Source: Alphaproteobacteria bacterium (GTDB lineage: Bacteria; Pseudomonadota; Alphaproteobacteria; Rs-D84). From it: a stretch of 64,000 bases of DNA. The stretch spans positions 114,995-178,994 of the forward strand of contig SUUL01000002.1 in the NCBI GenBank assembly GCA_015062545.1. Reading direction: 5' to 3'. The stretch's first letter is position 1. Every line of letters begins with the position of its first letter. The notes under the pieces are model-generated. The model was not told where the DNA came from and made no database searches. It saw only the letters and a list, made by a program, of their open reading frames with translations. Both the position numbers and the translations under genes were made by a program. This document shows positions 17,294 to 27,641 of this stretch, piece by piece.

Positions 17294-18523
17294 ATGAAAG
17301 TACAAGCATTATTAGCGGTGTTATTACTGTCTGCATGCGGTGGTTTAACACAAGAGAAATTTTATGAAGATACTAACAATGCACAAAAAGCAACCGAATT
17401 AAGTGGTAAGGCAATACGAACATCAGATTGTGATAAAATTGGGCAATTATATGAGTTTTCGGTTATGGACAACCCAACCGCAAGTGATTTAGAAGCAATA
17501 TTGCCATTGTTGGGCGTACAAAAGAAAGATTTTAAAAATATAGATAAGCTATATACATTAGATTTAAGTGCAGTAGATAAATTAAAATGCGAAGACAACA
17601 GAGATAAACTTGGTAGTGAAGCACGCCGGTATTGCAAAGATAAGTATTATGACGAATATGGTATTGAGACTGCAATGTACTTTCCATTCAGATTGGTTTC
17701 GACAGTATCTGTATTTACTATAGTCGGTGCAATTCCTTTTATGGCACATAGTTGTGGCATGGAATCAGTATGGCATCCAATTGCATGTAATAGAATGCTA
17801 GATTGTAGAAAACACTTAATGCAAACGGTAAATACAGGCACAGAAGATTATTCTGGTGTACGTAAAAGCAAGATAAAAGAGCAGATACAGGCAAAAATAA
17901 GGCAAATATACGCAATTCCTAATGTATGTAAAAATTATCATACATATACAAATGATTATGGTAAAACGATAAAAGAATATGACGAAAAATTTCATTATGC
18001 GTTTTCAGAATTTAAGCCAAGTGAAATGATAGCAGCAGCAAATAAAACGATTGGTACATATGATGACGACTGCATGAATGGCACAATATGTGATAATAAC
18101 GACACAAAAATAGTAACTGGGGCTAATGTAGCAAAAGTGTTATATAATCATTGCAGTAATGATATTGATATGTGGCTTAGAACAGATGACTATATAAGCT
18201 TTAATTGTTCTTGTTTTGCACGCAATGCTTACAAAGACGTTTCATACAAGAATATGTTGTACATTTATGAAAACAAAGAATTCCCACAAAGCAAAGAAGC
18301 AGAACTGACAAGGCAAATGCGCAACTGTAAAAACAAATGGGACAAGCAAGTTGCACAACAGCAGATAAACAGATATGGCGAAACAACGGACGGACAGACA
18401 AATAGTGATGTAGAAGCAGCTATTAATAACGTTGTAGACGCAGTGCAGAATGCGGTTTGGATGAACGAACAATTAACTGAAAAAAGGAAAGATATAGAGA
18501 ATTTGCGAGATTTGGACATATAA
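17294..18523 (+). CDS. Cys-rich lipoprotein, hypothetical
   Basis: 'LLAVLLLSACGG' lipobox; 409 aa with many Cys. Confidence 0.5.
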   Translation: MKVQALLAVLLLSACGGLTQEKFYEDTNNAQKATELSGKAIRTSDCDKIGQLYEFSVMDNPTASDLEAILPLLGVQKKDFKNIDKLYTLDLSAVDKLKCEDNRDKLGSEARRYCKDKYYDEYGIETAMYFPFRLVSTVSVFTIVGAIPFMAHSCGMESVWHPIACNRMLDCRKHLMQTVNTGTEDYSGVRKSKIKEQIQAKIRQIYAIPNVCKNYHTYTNDYGKTIKEYDEKFHYAFSEFKPSEMIAAANKTIGTYDDDCMNGTICDNNDTKIVTGANVAKVLYNHCSNDIDMWLRTDDYISFNCSCFARNAYKDVSYKNMLYIYENKEFPQSKEAELTRQMRNCKNKWDKQVAQQQINRYGETTDGQTNSDVEAAINNVVDAVQNAVWMNEQLTEKRKDIENLRDLDI

Positions 18524-18723
18524 AATTGCATAAATAACAATAGGAACTGACACCATTAGGCAATATTGGACGCTAACTATTGTTACGAGCAAGAAATAAT
18601 ACAAAAGGCACTGACAATACATGCAGTGCTTTTTTATTATTTTTTTGACGCAGGACAGCGATAAAAAAAACTCCTTAGAAACAACAAGATAGCGTCTTAA
18701 TATATAGGTATAGGAGTAAAAAA

Positions 18724-19260
18724 ATGAATATAAATATTATATTAAAGAACAAATTAATGTTTGATTTGGCTAAATGCCCCCACACACTTGTTGTTTGCAA
18801 AAATAAAACACGAGAAACAACAGTAAAATATATTGTAGGCGAACTGTTAAAACAAAATATTACTTGTATAGAAACAGATAGCATAGCAGAAATTGAAGAA
18901 GAGCTGGAAGATAGATACAGACTGTTTATTGAAACAGAAACAAGCAGTATTGAAGAATATAACGCAAAACACGAAGATAAATTAGACTATTGGGTAATTA
19001 TTATAAAGGATATTAGCTCGTACGATGCATTAAAAGAAATACTTATGAAAGGACGTGCAGCAGGCATTCATGTAATGCTGTTTGTAAAGAACTTTAGCGG
19101 TATAAAGAAAGATAAAGAGCTGATACATATGTTTCCTGTAAGATTAATATATAGAAATTCACACAAACGCGAAACTGTTATTGTTATTAGCGAAATTGGT
19201 AAAGGGGCTAAAATATTAAAATTAGACGACGATAACAAGACAAACAGTGAAGTAATATGA
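18724..19260 (+). CDS. hypothetical protein
   Basis: 178-aa ORF. Confidence 0.4.
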   Translation: MNINIILKNKLMFDLAKCPHTLVVCKNKTRETTVKYIVGELLKQNITCIETDSIAEIEEELEDRYRLFIETETSSIEEYNAKHEDKLDYWVIIIKDISSYDALKEILMKGRAAGIHVMLFVKNFSGIKKDKELIHMFPVRLIYRNSHKRETVIVISEIGKGAKILKLDDDNKTNSEVI

Positions 19261-19301
19261 CGCACAGCTTTAACGACAGCTAGGCAATAAAAAAACGCTG
19301 T

Positions 19302-19835
19302 TTATACAGCGTTAAATAACATAGAGCTGGTATACATATTTTCAAAATCTATATGACGCTTATGTAATGGATATTCTTTAACAATATAATTAAACACATC
19401 GTAGTTAAATACAGTACGTGTAAGCAAGTGATTGTGTACAGGTGTATAATTATTGTTTTTTTGAAATGACTCGCTGTATGTATCGTAAGTAAGATATAGG
19501 TATGGACAATGTAGTAAAGTCTTTTCGATTGCTGTATTAAAGTCGCTTGTTGTTTGTTGCATAAGGTTAAATACAGAATGTACATGTAAGATATTGGTTT
19601 TGCCATGCTCTATAATAGTAATAGAAGGCAACGGATGCTTAAACCAGTTACGTCCTTGAAAATGTGTTAATATACGTGAATATATTTTTCTGGTTTTTTG
19701 CTTGGCTTCTTCTATACTTTTTTGCTGTTGATTGAAGCGCAATGTGCAAAAAACAAGATTGTCAGACAAATGCATAGATAATGCTTGCTTGATAAAGTGT
19801 ATAACAGCTGATTGATGTAATTGTTTTACATTCAT
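19302..19835 (-). CDS. hypothetical protein with HUH-like motif (possible rolling-circle Rep)
   Basis: 'NILHVHSVF' H-u-H-u-u-u plus downstream Tyr cluster 'YLYLTYDTY'; tentative. Confidence 0.3.
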   Translation of the reverse strand: MNVKQLHQSAVIHFIKQALSMHLSDNLVFCTLRFNQQQKSIEEAKQKTRKIYSRILTHFQGRNWFKHPLPSITIIEHGKTNILHVHSVFNLMQQTTSDFNTAIEKTLLHCPYLYLTYDTYSESFQKNNNYTPVHNHLLTRTVFNYDVFNYIVKEYPLHKRHIDFENMYTSSMLFNAV

Positions 19836-20152
19836 AATAAACTCCTTTGTATATAAAAATAATTTGATTTAGGGTATAGCTCTCACATAGGAAAAAGCGA
19901 AGTCTTTCCTTTGTGTCGGGCGCAAATCCCATAAATTTATGTCAGCACCCGATTTGCTAAAATAAATTTTATGGGTGATATATAATATATTTATCGCAAA
20001 AACTAAATTTTGTGAACCAAAGTGAAAAATTTTTTTCGTAAAAATTGCAGTAGTGGACGAAAAAGGGACAAAAAAGGGAAATAAAATTAGCAATAAAATT
20101 GACGCAAACAAACAAAACAAATAAAAAACCTGCTGATTTCAGCGGGTTATCT

Positions 20153-20228
20153 TGGTGGGGACACAGGGACTCGAACCCTGGACCCAATGATTAAAAGTCA
20201 TTTGCTCTACCAACTGAGCTATGTCCCC
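20153..20228 (-). tRNA. tRNA-Lys (anticodon TTT)
   Basis: manual cloverleaf: acceptor GGGGACA/TGTCCCC, anticodon loop cTTTTaa, TTCGAGT T-loop, CCA encoded; stem-loop + T-run terminator at 20128..20150. Confidence 0.85.
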
Positions 20229-20319
20229 AAAACCGGACCTGGAAAGGGAAAACCGAAGTTCTATTTCCAAGGTACGGGGGCAATTTTGACATATAAAAAT
20301 ATAAAATGCAAGAAAAAAC

Positions 20320-21027
20320 TCAATTTTTTTTATTTTTTTTCTTATCAAAAGTTCCTGCCGGTTTGTTTTTTTCATCTGACGACAGATGCTGTTGCAGGCT
20401 TAATGCCGCAATACTGTCAGAATCCAACCAGTCCAAGATATGCGACATCATGCCAGCAACATATTTCGCAACGGTATGATTATTGTGGTGAAATTTATGC
20501 TCGTTAATAATATGCGCCATGTCACGCGCAATGGACGACAATATCTGAAATGTGTCCACGCTTAACACATCATGTTGTCCATTGCGATAAAGTACCGTAT
20601 CTAAATCCGTATGACAATCGTGTATCCGTTGCAACACAGATGGTGTTATACGCAGCCGCTGGGATACGTCTGATGCGCGCCATGACAACATACGGTTCAA
20701 GTTTTCTGGGGTTAGTTTGCTGCGCACCCCCATTGAATCACGCAAAGTCATAATAAGATTAACCATCACCAGATTTATTCTGTCCGTGATGCTGTTGGAT
20801 ATATTTTTCTTCATCTGATTGGCGACCTTGGAATTTGTATAATCGTACAGCAAAAACACCAACGGAATGGACAACAATGATGCAGATACATTTATTACCA
20901 AATCACGAATGTTGGCATTGGGCGCGTTATCAATCGCACCTGTGTATAAAACAATACCACCCGCAATAGACATCAAGTACGGCAAAGATTTTAGAAATAT
21001 CGTGCGAATATTAAATTTCATGCACAT
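20320..21027 (-). CDS. hypothetical membrane protein
   Basis: 235-aa ORF with N-terminal hydrophobic helices. Confidence 0.4.
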   Translation of the reverse strand: MCMKFNIRTIFLKSLPYLMSIAGGIVLYTGAIDNAPNANIRDLVINVSASLLSIPLVFLLYDYTNSKVANQMKKNISNSITDRINLVMVNLIMTLRDSMGVRSKLTPENLNRMLSWRASDVSQRLRITPSVLQRIHDCHTDLDTVLYRNGQHDVLSVDTFQILSSIARDMAHIINEHKFHHNNHTVAKYVAGMMSHILDWLDSDSIAALSLQQHLSSDEKNKPAGTFDKKKNKKN

Positions 21028-21069
21028 ATTGTATAAAAATACTGCGGCAATATGTACAGGAACATTAAC

Positions 21070-22245
21070 CTATTTATTGTCTTCTATGGTTAAATCGCAT
21101 TTGTTACGTATGCGCACCCATGCAATTATCCCAACAAGTGATATTAAGATACCCTGGGCAATTATACTGTAACGCCAACTGCCCAATGTTGCCCCAAGGC
21201 CAATCAGACCACATACCGCCATGTAAACCAAATATACCAATGTTGTATAAAGCGACAATACCACCGAACGATGACGGGTTGGAATTTTGTCTTGGAATTG
21301 CGCATACAATAATGTTCCCAAGCCATAGAACAAGATATACGACACACCCATTATCCACAAAGCATCAGATGTATAAATCATGCCAAAAGATACATACCCC
21401 ACCCCAACAGTCAGAATCAGCACGTACAGCAACGTGTTTGACAGGCGGGTAAACTTGTACGCAAAACGTTGCCCCAGGGTGGCACACCCCAACAAAAAGA
21501 ACGGCAGAACACCAACATATTCCGTTGGAATTCCCAACTGTAACGCAATAGGACTTAAGAAATCGTCCAAGAAAGGAATGTTAAACACCAACAAACACAA
21601 TATCATCACCGACAGCAAACATGGTGTTTGCAGGCAAATACGTATGCCTGTCTTGAACAGGCGGTGTATCTTGATGGATGCGCGTGGCGCGCCCACCTTG
21701 CCATAGGACGAAGATACCATTAACAAGCACAAAATAGATAACAAGACCGATGCAACAGATGCCCATGTTACCCATGTATACCCAAAAAACAGCAACAGTG
21801 ACCCACATGCCGACAATGCCGTACCCGCAGATTCATAAGTTGACTTGCGCCCCAATATACGTGCAAAGTCGTCCGAACCGCCCAATGCATCAACAGAATC
21901 ATAAAGCAAACCTTCAAACGCAACCGCGCGAAAACCCGCCTGAACACCCCACAAGACCATACCCGTTGCAAAGCCCGCATAATTTGGCATAACCAACCAC
22001 AGTAAAACCGCTGCTATTTTTAGAAGCTGGCCAAAAATCATCGCGTTACGTTGTCCCAAACGACCCGTTATGTATGTAATTGGCACTTGCCCCAAGACCG
22101 TACCACACGCGGAAACAATAAACATTGTGGACAGTTGCAAGTCGGAAACACCGTTTTGTTGCATAAAAATAGCGTACACCGGTGCAAGCAATAAAAACTT
22201 GTTAAAAAATGCAAATCCATACAATGAAAACAACAGTTTTTTCAT
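21070..22245 (-). CDS. MFS transporter
   Basis: 391 aa, ~12 hydrophobic segments, typical MFS loop motifs. Confidence 0.65.
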   Translation of the reverse strand: MKKLLFSLYGFAFFNKFLLLAPVYAIFMQQNGVSDLQLSTMFIVSACGTVLGQVPITYITGRLGQRNAMIFGQLLKIAAVLLWLVMPNYAGFATGMVLWGVQAGFRAVAFEGLLYDSVDALGGSDDFARILGRKSTYESAGTALSACGSLLLFFGYTWVTWASVASVLLSILCLLMVSSSYGKVGAPRASIKIHRLFKTGIRICLQTPCLLSVMILCLLVFNIPFLDDFLSPIALQLGIPTEYVGVLPFFLLGCATLGQRFAYKFTRLSNTLLYVLILTVGVGYVSFGMIYTSDALWIMGVSYILFYGLGTLLYAQFQDKIPTRHRSVVLSLYTTLVYLVYMAVCGLIGLGATLGSWRYSIIAQGILISLVGIIAWVRIRNKCDLTIEDNK

Positions 22246-22362
22246 ATTCCGTTCCTTTTGGGCTAATTATATACCTTTTTTGGCAAAAAAGTACTAAAAA
22301 GATTGAAAAATTGGCAAATATACACTATAATGTGTTAATATAATCATAGGGTTGCACACGGC

Positions 22363-24183
22363 ATGACATTTGATTCAAAAACATATATTATTGATTTGAT
22401 AATCCAGTTGAACTTGAACAACATGGATGATGCCACGCGTGCCCGATTGGAAGATTTGCAAAAGAAACATGTTGCAACATCTGATCAAGAAGCATGGCAT
22501 CCAGGCGACCCAACCCCAAAATTAGACGAACAAGAACCAGGCACAGGTACAAGCACATACAGATACACGGGTGATACCGTTGGTGCACCAGGCGTAGTTG
22601 TCCCCAATGCAGAAAATTCGTTGGATGAAATATATGGCAAGTTAGTAAAAATCCTGCGTGACGTGGCGGCAGACAACGAGTTGATGGCAGACAGCAAGGT
22701 CAAGGCGTTCGTTGATGATTTCTATGGCACGGGGTTGACTGTTGAACCATACGCATCCCAGACCATTCCACCCACCGATGCCGCAGAGATTGGAGCCTAT
22801 ATCGCCAACGGCACCAATTTAGGACAGTTGGCCATAGGTACAGGCATCAAAGAGTCCGACCTGAGAAAACTGCAGGACGCATTATTAGCCACACCGCCGA
22901 CATATAGCACAAACCCAAAGGTGCTGAAAACCTTTAATGATTTCTTGGTTGGTTTATATAACTGGAACGATAACGGCGGGAGACGACCTTTGCCAGATAT
23001 GGCGCATTTCCCAACACCACTGGGGGGCCCAGCCGGGATTGATTACGACCAGGTACTGACTGTACGTGATACTATAAACACCCCAGTACCACCAACCAAT
23101 ACACAAAAAACGCAACTGGGGGCCGGCATAGAAAAAATGTTCGGAAAACTGGTCGCAAATGACAAGTTGCGCGAAAAAGTGTTGAGCAAAGACGAAGACG
23201 GCGATATAACAAGGTGGATTAATGCAGGGTTAGACAAATCCAACTATAAAGAAGGCGACAATGCACTTAGCCCAAAGTATGACGACAGAAAAACTGCCTT
23301 TGAGAGGGCAAAAGACAAAATCAAAAAAAACTATATTGATACACTGGGCAAATTAAACGAAAAACACACGCGACATATATATTCCACCAATGCGCGATAT
23401 ATTGTGGAACAGCTGATAAAAAAAGAAGTCAAACCAACAGATGGCACAAAAAAGATTTTGGAAACACTGGATGCAATCACTGGCGAATTGCCCAACCCCG
23501 TACAATCCCAAGTAAAATGGATGAAAGAAACACTGTCCAAGATGAAGGGAACCAAGTTCTTTGAACAAGCATTGGAAGATGGCGATCAGATGCGACAATT
23601 AGTTGAGGAAGTCATCAAAGCTGCCGTTCATGATGGAAAAATGGAAGAAGCCAGGGTAACACTGGAAACGTTGGCCGTTATGCGATATACAATAACTTCT
23701 TCGGCGGTACGTGACAAATTGAAAAAGACAGAGGTATCCATATTTTCTGACCCAAAATTATCCATCAACAAGGGGCCAATGCAATATCTGACATCAGCAC
23801 TGGACAAGGTAATTAAAACGGGCATGATGGCCGCGTTCGAAGTTGGAAACTTGGCGAAAAACGCAATCAAAGAATATGGGGTCAAATTTGGTCATGGCGA
23901 AGGTCGTCTTGACGAACGCGTAACAGGCAGTGCAGATTATGCAGATGCTGCAAAAAAAGCACAAATGCAGGAATTGTTTGCATTCTGGGATTTTGTAAAT
24001 TCATCTGCAAATTCCAAGGACTATAATATATTCAGGAAACATTCCAATGTTCAAAAATCAGCAGACACCCCTACAACAGGCAGCATTACCAACAGTCTGA
24101 CCGGAGAAGTTATAGACGACCCAACCGAACAACGCAGACGGTTTATTGAATGGATGAATGCGAACAATATTGGACGCGTATAA
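22363..24183 (+). CDS. large hypothetical protein (606 aa)
   Basis: Pro/Thr-rich N-region; no known domain. Confidence 0.45.
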   Translation: MTFDSKTYIIDLIIQLNLNNMDDATRARLEDLQKKHVATSDQEAWHPGDPTPKLDEQEPGTGTSTYRYTGDTVGAPGVVVPNAENSLDEIYGKLVKILRDVAADNELMADSKVKAFVDDFYGTGLTVEPYASQTIPPTDAAEIGAYIANGTNLGQLAIGTGIKESDLRKLQDALLATPPTYSTNPKVLKTFNDFLVGLYNWNDNGGRRPLPDMAHFPTPLGGPAGIDYDQVLTVRDTINTPVPPTNTQKTQLGAGIEKMFGKLVANDKLREKVLSKDEDGDITRWINAGLDKSNYKEGDNALSPKYDDRKTAFERAKDKIKKNYIDTLGKLNEKHTRHIYSTNARYIVEQLIKKEVKPTDGTKKILETLDAITGELPNPVQSQVKWMKETLSKMKGTKFFEQALEDGDQMRQLVEEVIKAAVHDGKMEEARVTLETLAVMRYTITSSAVRDKLKKTEVSIFSDPKLSINKGPMQYLTSALDKVIKTGMMAAFEVGNLAKNAIKEYGVKFGHGEGRLDERVTGSADYADAAKKAQMQELFAFWDFVNSSANSKDYNIFRKHSNVQKSADTPTTGSITNSLTGEVIDDPTEQRRRFIEWMNANNIGRV

Positions 24184-24254
24184 AATTCTGCCAAATGGTG
24201 GGGTGTGTTTTTATTATTGAATATTCATCGGAAATTCACTAAATTTATGTATAT

Positions 24255-26312
24255 ATGAAGCGTGAACTGATTGATTTTTTTAATACAGATCTGCAATTCA
24301 TCAAGGGGGTGGGACCGGTGTTGGCCACACGACTGGAAGATGTTTTGGGCGGACGGCGGGTACTGGACTTCTTGATGCACAGACCGGCTTATGTGCGGGC
24401 GCGCGGAATTACAGAAAATATCAATGATGCCGTGGCAGGTCAGACCGTGACTGTGCCGGTGTGTGTAAAATCTCATAAAGCGGGGGGCGCGTTTGGGCGT
24501 GGACGCAGACGACCAACACAAATTATATGCAATGACAAAATGGGAAATACCATTGTTATTCAGTTCTTTAATTCCAGTTATCTGGATTACTGGTTGAAAA
24601 AACTGCCGGTGGGACAATGGCGGATGATTTCTGGAAAACTGGAACGCGGGGCGCGCGCAACCATTAACCATCCGGACTTTATCGAAGAAATGCAAAATGC
24701 AGACAAAATCCCCGCCGCACAGGCAATATACCCCGCAGGCGAAGGTCTGACACAAAAGGTATTTGCAAACGTGCGCAACCAGATATTTGCCGCCCTGCCC
24801 GATAAAGCACGCGGGGAATCTGATGACAGAATTTTGGAATTCTTGGATGCGTTAAAGCATGTACATTTTCCACAATCTGATGACGATTTAATGCCCAATA
24901 ATATATATATGGCAAAATTGGCGTATTGCGAACTGTTCGCACATCAGGCCGCCATTGTTATCAGTCGCCGTAATCGGGCAGATGAAAAAAATCACAGAAT
25001 CCCACGTGATAAAAAATATAGTCTGATGGAAAAATTTTATGAAATTCTGCCGTTTGAAATGACCGAGGCGCAAAGTCGGACGTGTGACGAAATATTTGCC
25101 GACATGCGCAAAAATGTACCGATGATGCGATTGGTCCAAGGGGATGTTGGCAGTGGCAAGACCATTGTCGCACTGGCTGCGGCAGTAAAAATGGCAGAAA
25201 CAGGTGCGCAAACCGCCCTGTTGGCACCGACAGATACCTTGGCACAGCAGCACTTTGCCAAGTTAAAGCCAATGTGCGATAAAATCGGTATAACATGTGA
25301 TATACTGACCGGTCGCGACAAGGGCGTGGCAAGACGTGATAAGTTGACTTCGGTGCGATCTGGTCGAACACGAATTGTTATTGGAACGCATGCCCTGTTT
25401 TCAGAAGATGTGGAATATAAAGACTTGGGACTGGTTATAATTGACGAACAACACCGATTTGGCGTAGCACAACGCGAAGCATTACGTTCCAAGGGAAACA
25501 ACCCCGATTTGTTGGCATTGTCTGCAACCCCTATTCCCAGAACACTGTCTATGACAATATATGGCGATATGGACGTTTCTATTATCAATGAAAAACCCGC
25601 AGGACGAAAACCAATCGTAACAACCAAGTTATCTAATGCGCGGATATTGGAACTGGTGGAAAGAATAAAAACACAAATAGAATCTGGCGCAAAGGTTTTC
25701 TGGGTCTGTCCGTTGGTGGAAGAATCAGAAGACGGTATGGGCATGACCGCAGCCGAAGAAAGACACAAAATGCTGACACAGTATTTTGCAAATGTGGGCT
25801 TGGTGCATGGGCAAATGGATAAAAAAGTGCGTGATGGGGTAATGGCACAATTTGCAGATGATAATTCCGGCATGAATATATTGGTGGCAACCACTGTGAT
25901 AGAGGTTGGAATTGACGTTCCGCGTGCTTCTATTATCGTTATTGAAAATGCAGAACGGTTCGGATTGGCGGCATTACATCAATTACGCGGGCGCGTTGGA
26001 CGCGGCAATACACAATCGTACTGTGTTCTGGTGTTTGGGCGCAATCTGTCAGAAGACGGAATAAAGCGGTTGGATGTCTTGTGCGAAACGGATGACGGGT
26101 TTGTTATCGCAGAACAGGACTTGATGATGCGTGGCGTGGGTGAATTATTGGGTACAAGACAAAGCGGATGGATGCACTATCACTTTGTAGATTATCGCGA
26201 ACACAGGGATTTGTTCAAGTTGGCATCACGCGCGGCACGTGATAATGATATTGATTCTTGGGCATACGATTTAATGTTCATATTTAATCGCGGGGTGGTG
26301 GTTGGTGCGTAA
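24255..26312 (+). CDS. recG: ATP-dependent DNA helicase RecG
   Basis: Walker A 'GDVGSGKT', 'DEQHRFGV', helicase C motifs 'QLRGRVGRG'; 685 aa. Confidence 0.9.
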   Translation: MKRELIDFFNTDLQFIKGVGPVLATRLEDVLGGRRVLDFLMHRPAYVRARGITENINDAVAGQTVTVPVCVKSHKAGGAFGRGRRRPTQIICNDKMGNTIVIQFFNSSYLDYWLKKLPVGQWRMISGKLERGARATINHPDFIEEMQNADKIPAAQAIYPAGEGLTQKVFANVRNQIFAALPDKARGESDDRILEFLDALKHVHFPQSDDDLMPNNIYMAKLAYCELFAHQAAIVISRRNRADEKNHRIPRDKKYSLMEKFYEILPFEMTEAQSRTCDEIFADMRKNVPMMRLVQGDVGSGKTIVALAAAVKMAETGAQTALLAPTDTLAQQHFAKLKPMCDKIGITCDILTGRDKGVARRDKLTSVRSGRTRIVIGTHALFSEDVEYKDLGLVIIDEQHRFGVAQREALRSKGNNPDLLALSATPIPRTLSMTIYGDMDVSIINEKPAGRKPIVTTKLSNARILELVERIKTQIESGAKVFWVCPLVEESEDGMGMTAAEERHKMLTQYFANVGLVHGQMDKKVRDGVMAQFADDNSGMNILVATTVIEVGIDVPRASIIVIENAERFGLAALHQLRGRVGRGNTQSYCVLVFGRNLSEDGIKRLDVLCETDDGFVIAEQDLMMRGVGELLGTRQSGWMHYHFVDYREHRDLFKLASRAARDNDIDSWAYDLMFIFNRGVVVGA

Positions 26313-27606
26313 AATACTGGTATTTTTATCAATGATTATAATGTCGTGTAATACGTGGGCGGCATCGTTGATTAATGATACGGAAACAGAACGCGTCTTG
26401 CGCGGGCTAGTAACACCATTGGCGGTGGCGGCGGATATCCCAGAAAACAGATTCAAGATACATATCGTGAATGATGATGACTTTAACGCCTTTGTAATGG
26501 GGGGCGAAGATATTTATGTTTATACGGGACTGATGAAGCAAATCAAAAGCCCAGATGCCTTGCAGGCGGTAATCGCGCATGAATTGGGACACACAATCGG
26601 TGGACATGTGGCACAAATGGCAGATCGTATGGATGCAGAAATGAAACGCACAATGCTGATTCAGGCGTTGGGGGTGGGATTGATGGTGGCAGGTGGCAAC
26701 CCAACACTGGGCGCGGGTGTCTTGGCAGGGTCAAGCGGCGTGGCACAGCAATCAATGATGGCCTTTACGCGTGACGAAGAAAGAATTGCAGATAATCTGG
26801 GCGTGGATTTAATGGTGCGCGCAAAACAAAACCCAAATGGCTTTGTTACAGTCTTTGAACAGATGCACGATTTAACAGGGGTATTGGAATCTAAAATTAA
26901 CCCAAATCATGTTAATCATCCGCTGACCATGGAACGATTAAATAATGTGCGTACACGTATCGCAGATGTCGCACCAGATTATGCCCCAGATAATGCCGAC
27001 AATCAAAAACGTATCGCAGAATATGAATTGGTGCGCGCAAAACTGGTTGGATATTTGGATAAACCTGCACAGGTCTTGAATAAATACCCATACGCAGATA
27101 AATCAGATGCCGCCCTGTATGCGCGCGCGATTGCAAATATGCGTGGCGGGAATCTGGATGGTGCACGCATGGGTACGCAAACATTAATATCACGTCAGCC
27201 GAACAACCCATATTTCTATGAATTGCTGGGGGATATAGAATATCAATTTGGACACTATGACGACAGTGTGACCGCATACGAAAAAGCGTTGGAATTAACG
27301 GAAAACGCACCACAAATTCAGACTGCCCTGGCATTGGTCTTGACAGAAAGAAACAAACCAGGCGATGCGACACGCGCCATAGAACTGTGCAAGCGCGCAT
27401 TGTTGAAAGAACCCGCCCCATTGGTATATTGGGTGTTGGCACGTGCGTATGGCGATGCAGACACAGGTCGCAGCGCATGGGCCATGGCGGAATACAACAA
27501 ACTTATCGGCAAAGATGACGAAGCAAAAAAATATGCAAAACGCGCACAAAAAGACCTGAAAAAAACCGATGCCGAATATATCAAGGCCGGTGATATACTA
27601 AGATAA
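26302..27606 (+). CDS. M48 family metallopeptidase with TPR repeats (BepA-like)
   Basis: signal peptide; 'HELGHTIGGH' HExxH; C-terminal TPR-like helices. Confidence 0.75.
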   Translation: MVRKILVFLSMIIMSCNTWAASLINDTETERVLRGLVTPLAVAADIPENRFKIHIVNDDDFNAFVMGGEDIYVYTGLMKQIKSPDALQAVIAHELGHTIGGHVAQMADRMDAEMKRTMLIQALGVGLMVAGGNPTLGAGVLAGSSGVAQQSMMAFTRDEERIADNLGVDLMVRAKQNPNGFVTVFEQMHDLTGVLESKINPNHVNHPLTMERLNNVRTRIADVAPDYAPDNADNQKRIAEYELVRAKLVGYLDKPAQVLNKYPYADKSDAALYARAIANMRGGNLDGARMGTQTLISRQPNNPYFYELLGDIEYQFGHYDDSVTAYEKALELTENAPQIQTALALVLTERNKPGDATRAIELCKRALLKEPAPLVYWVLARAYGDADTGRSAWAMAEYNKLIGKDDEAKKYAKRAQKDLKKTDAEYIKAGDILR

Positions 27607-27641
27607 AAAAATCAATAAACTGGCATACTTGGAATACAAAA

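Larger units (their letters stand above)
14651..20228. mobile_element. integrative element (~5.6 kb) inserted in tRNA-Lys, bounded by 46-bp direct repeats
   Basis: intact tRNA-Lys at one end, 46-nt 3' copy at the other, tyrosine integrase inside. Confidence 0.75.

Noticed and set aside
25037-25894. 285-aa antisense ORF inside recG (and similar long antisense ORFs, e.g. 2498..3022 and 42471..43331)
   Set aside because: They are fully overlapped by strongly supported genes on the other strand and have biased low-complexity composition. They are shadow ORFs.
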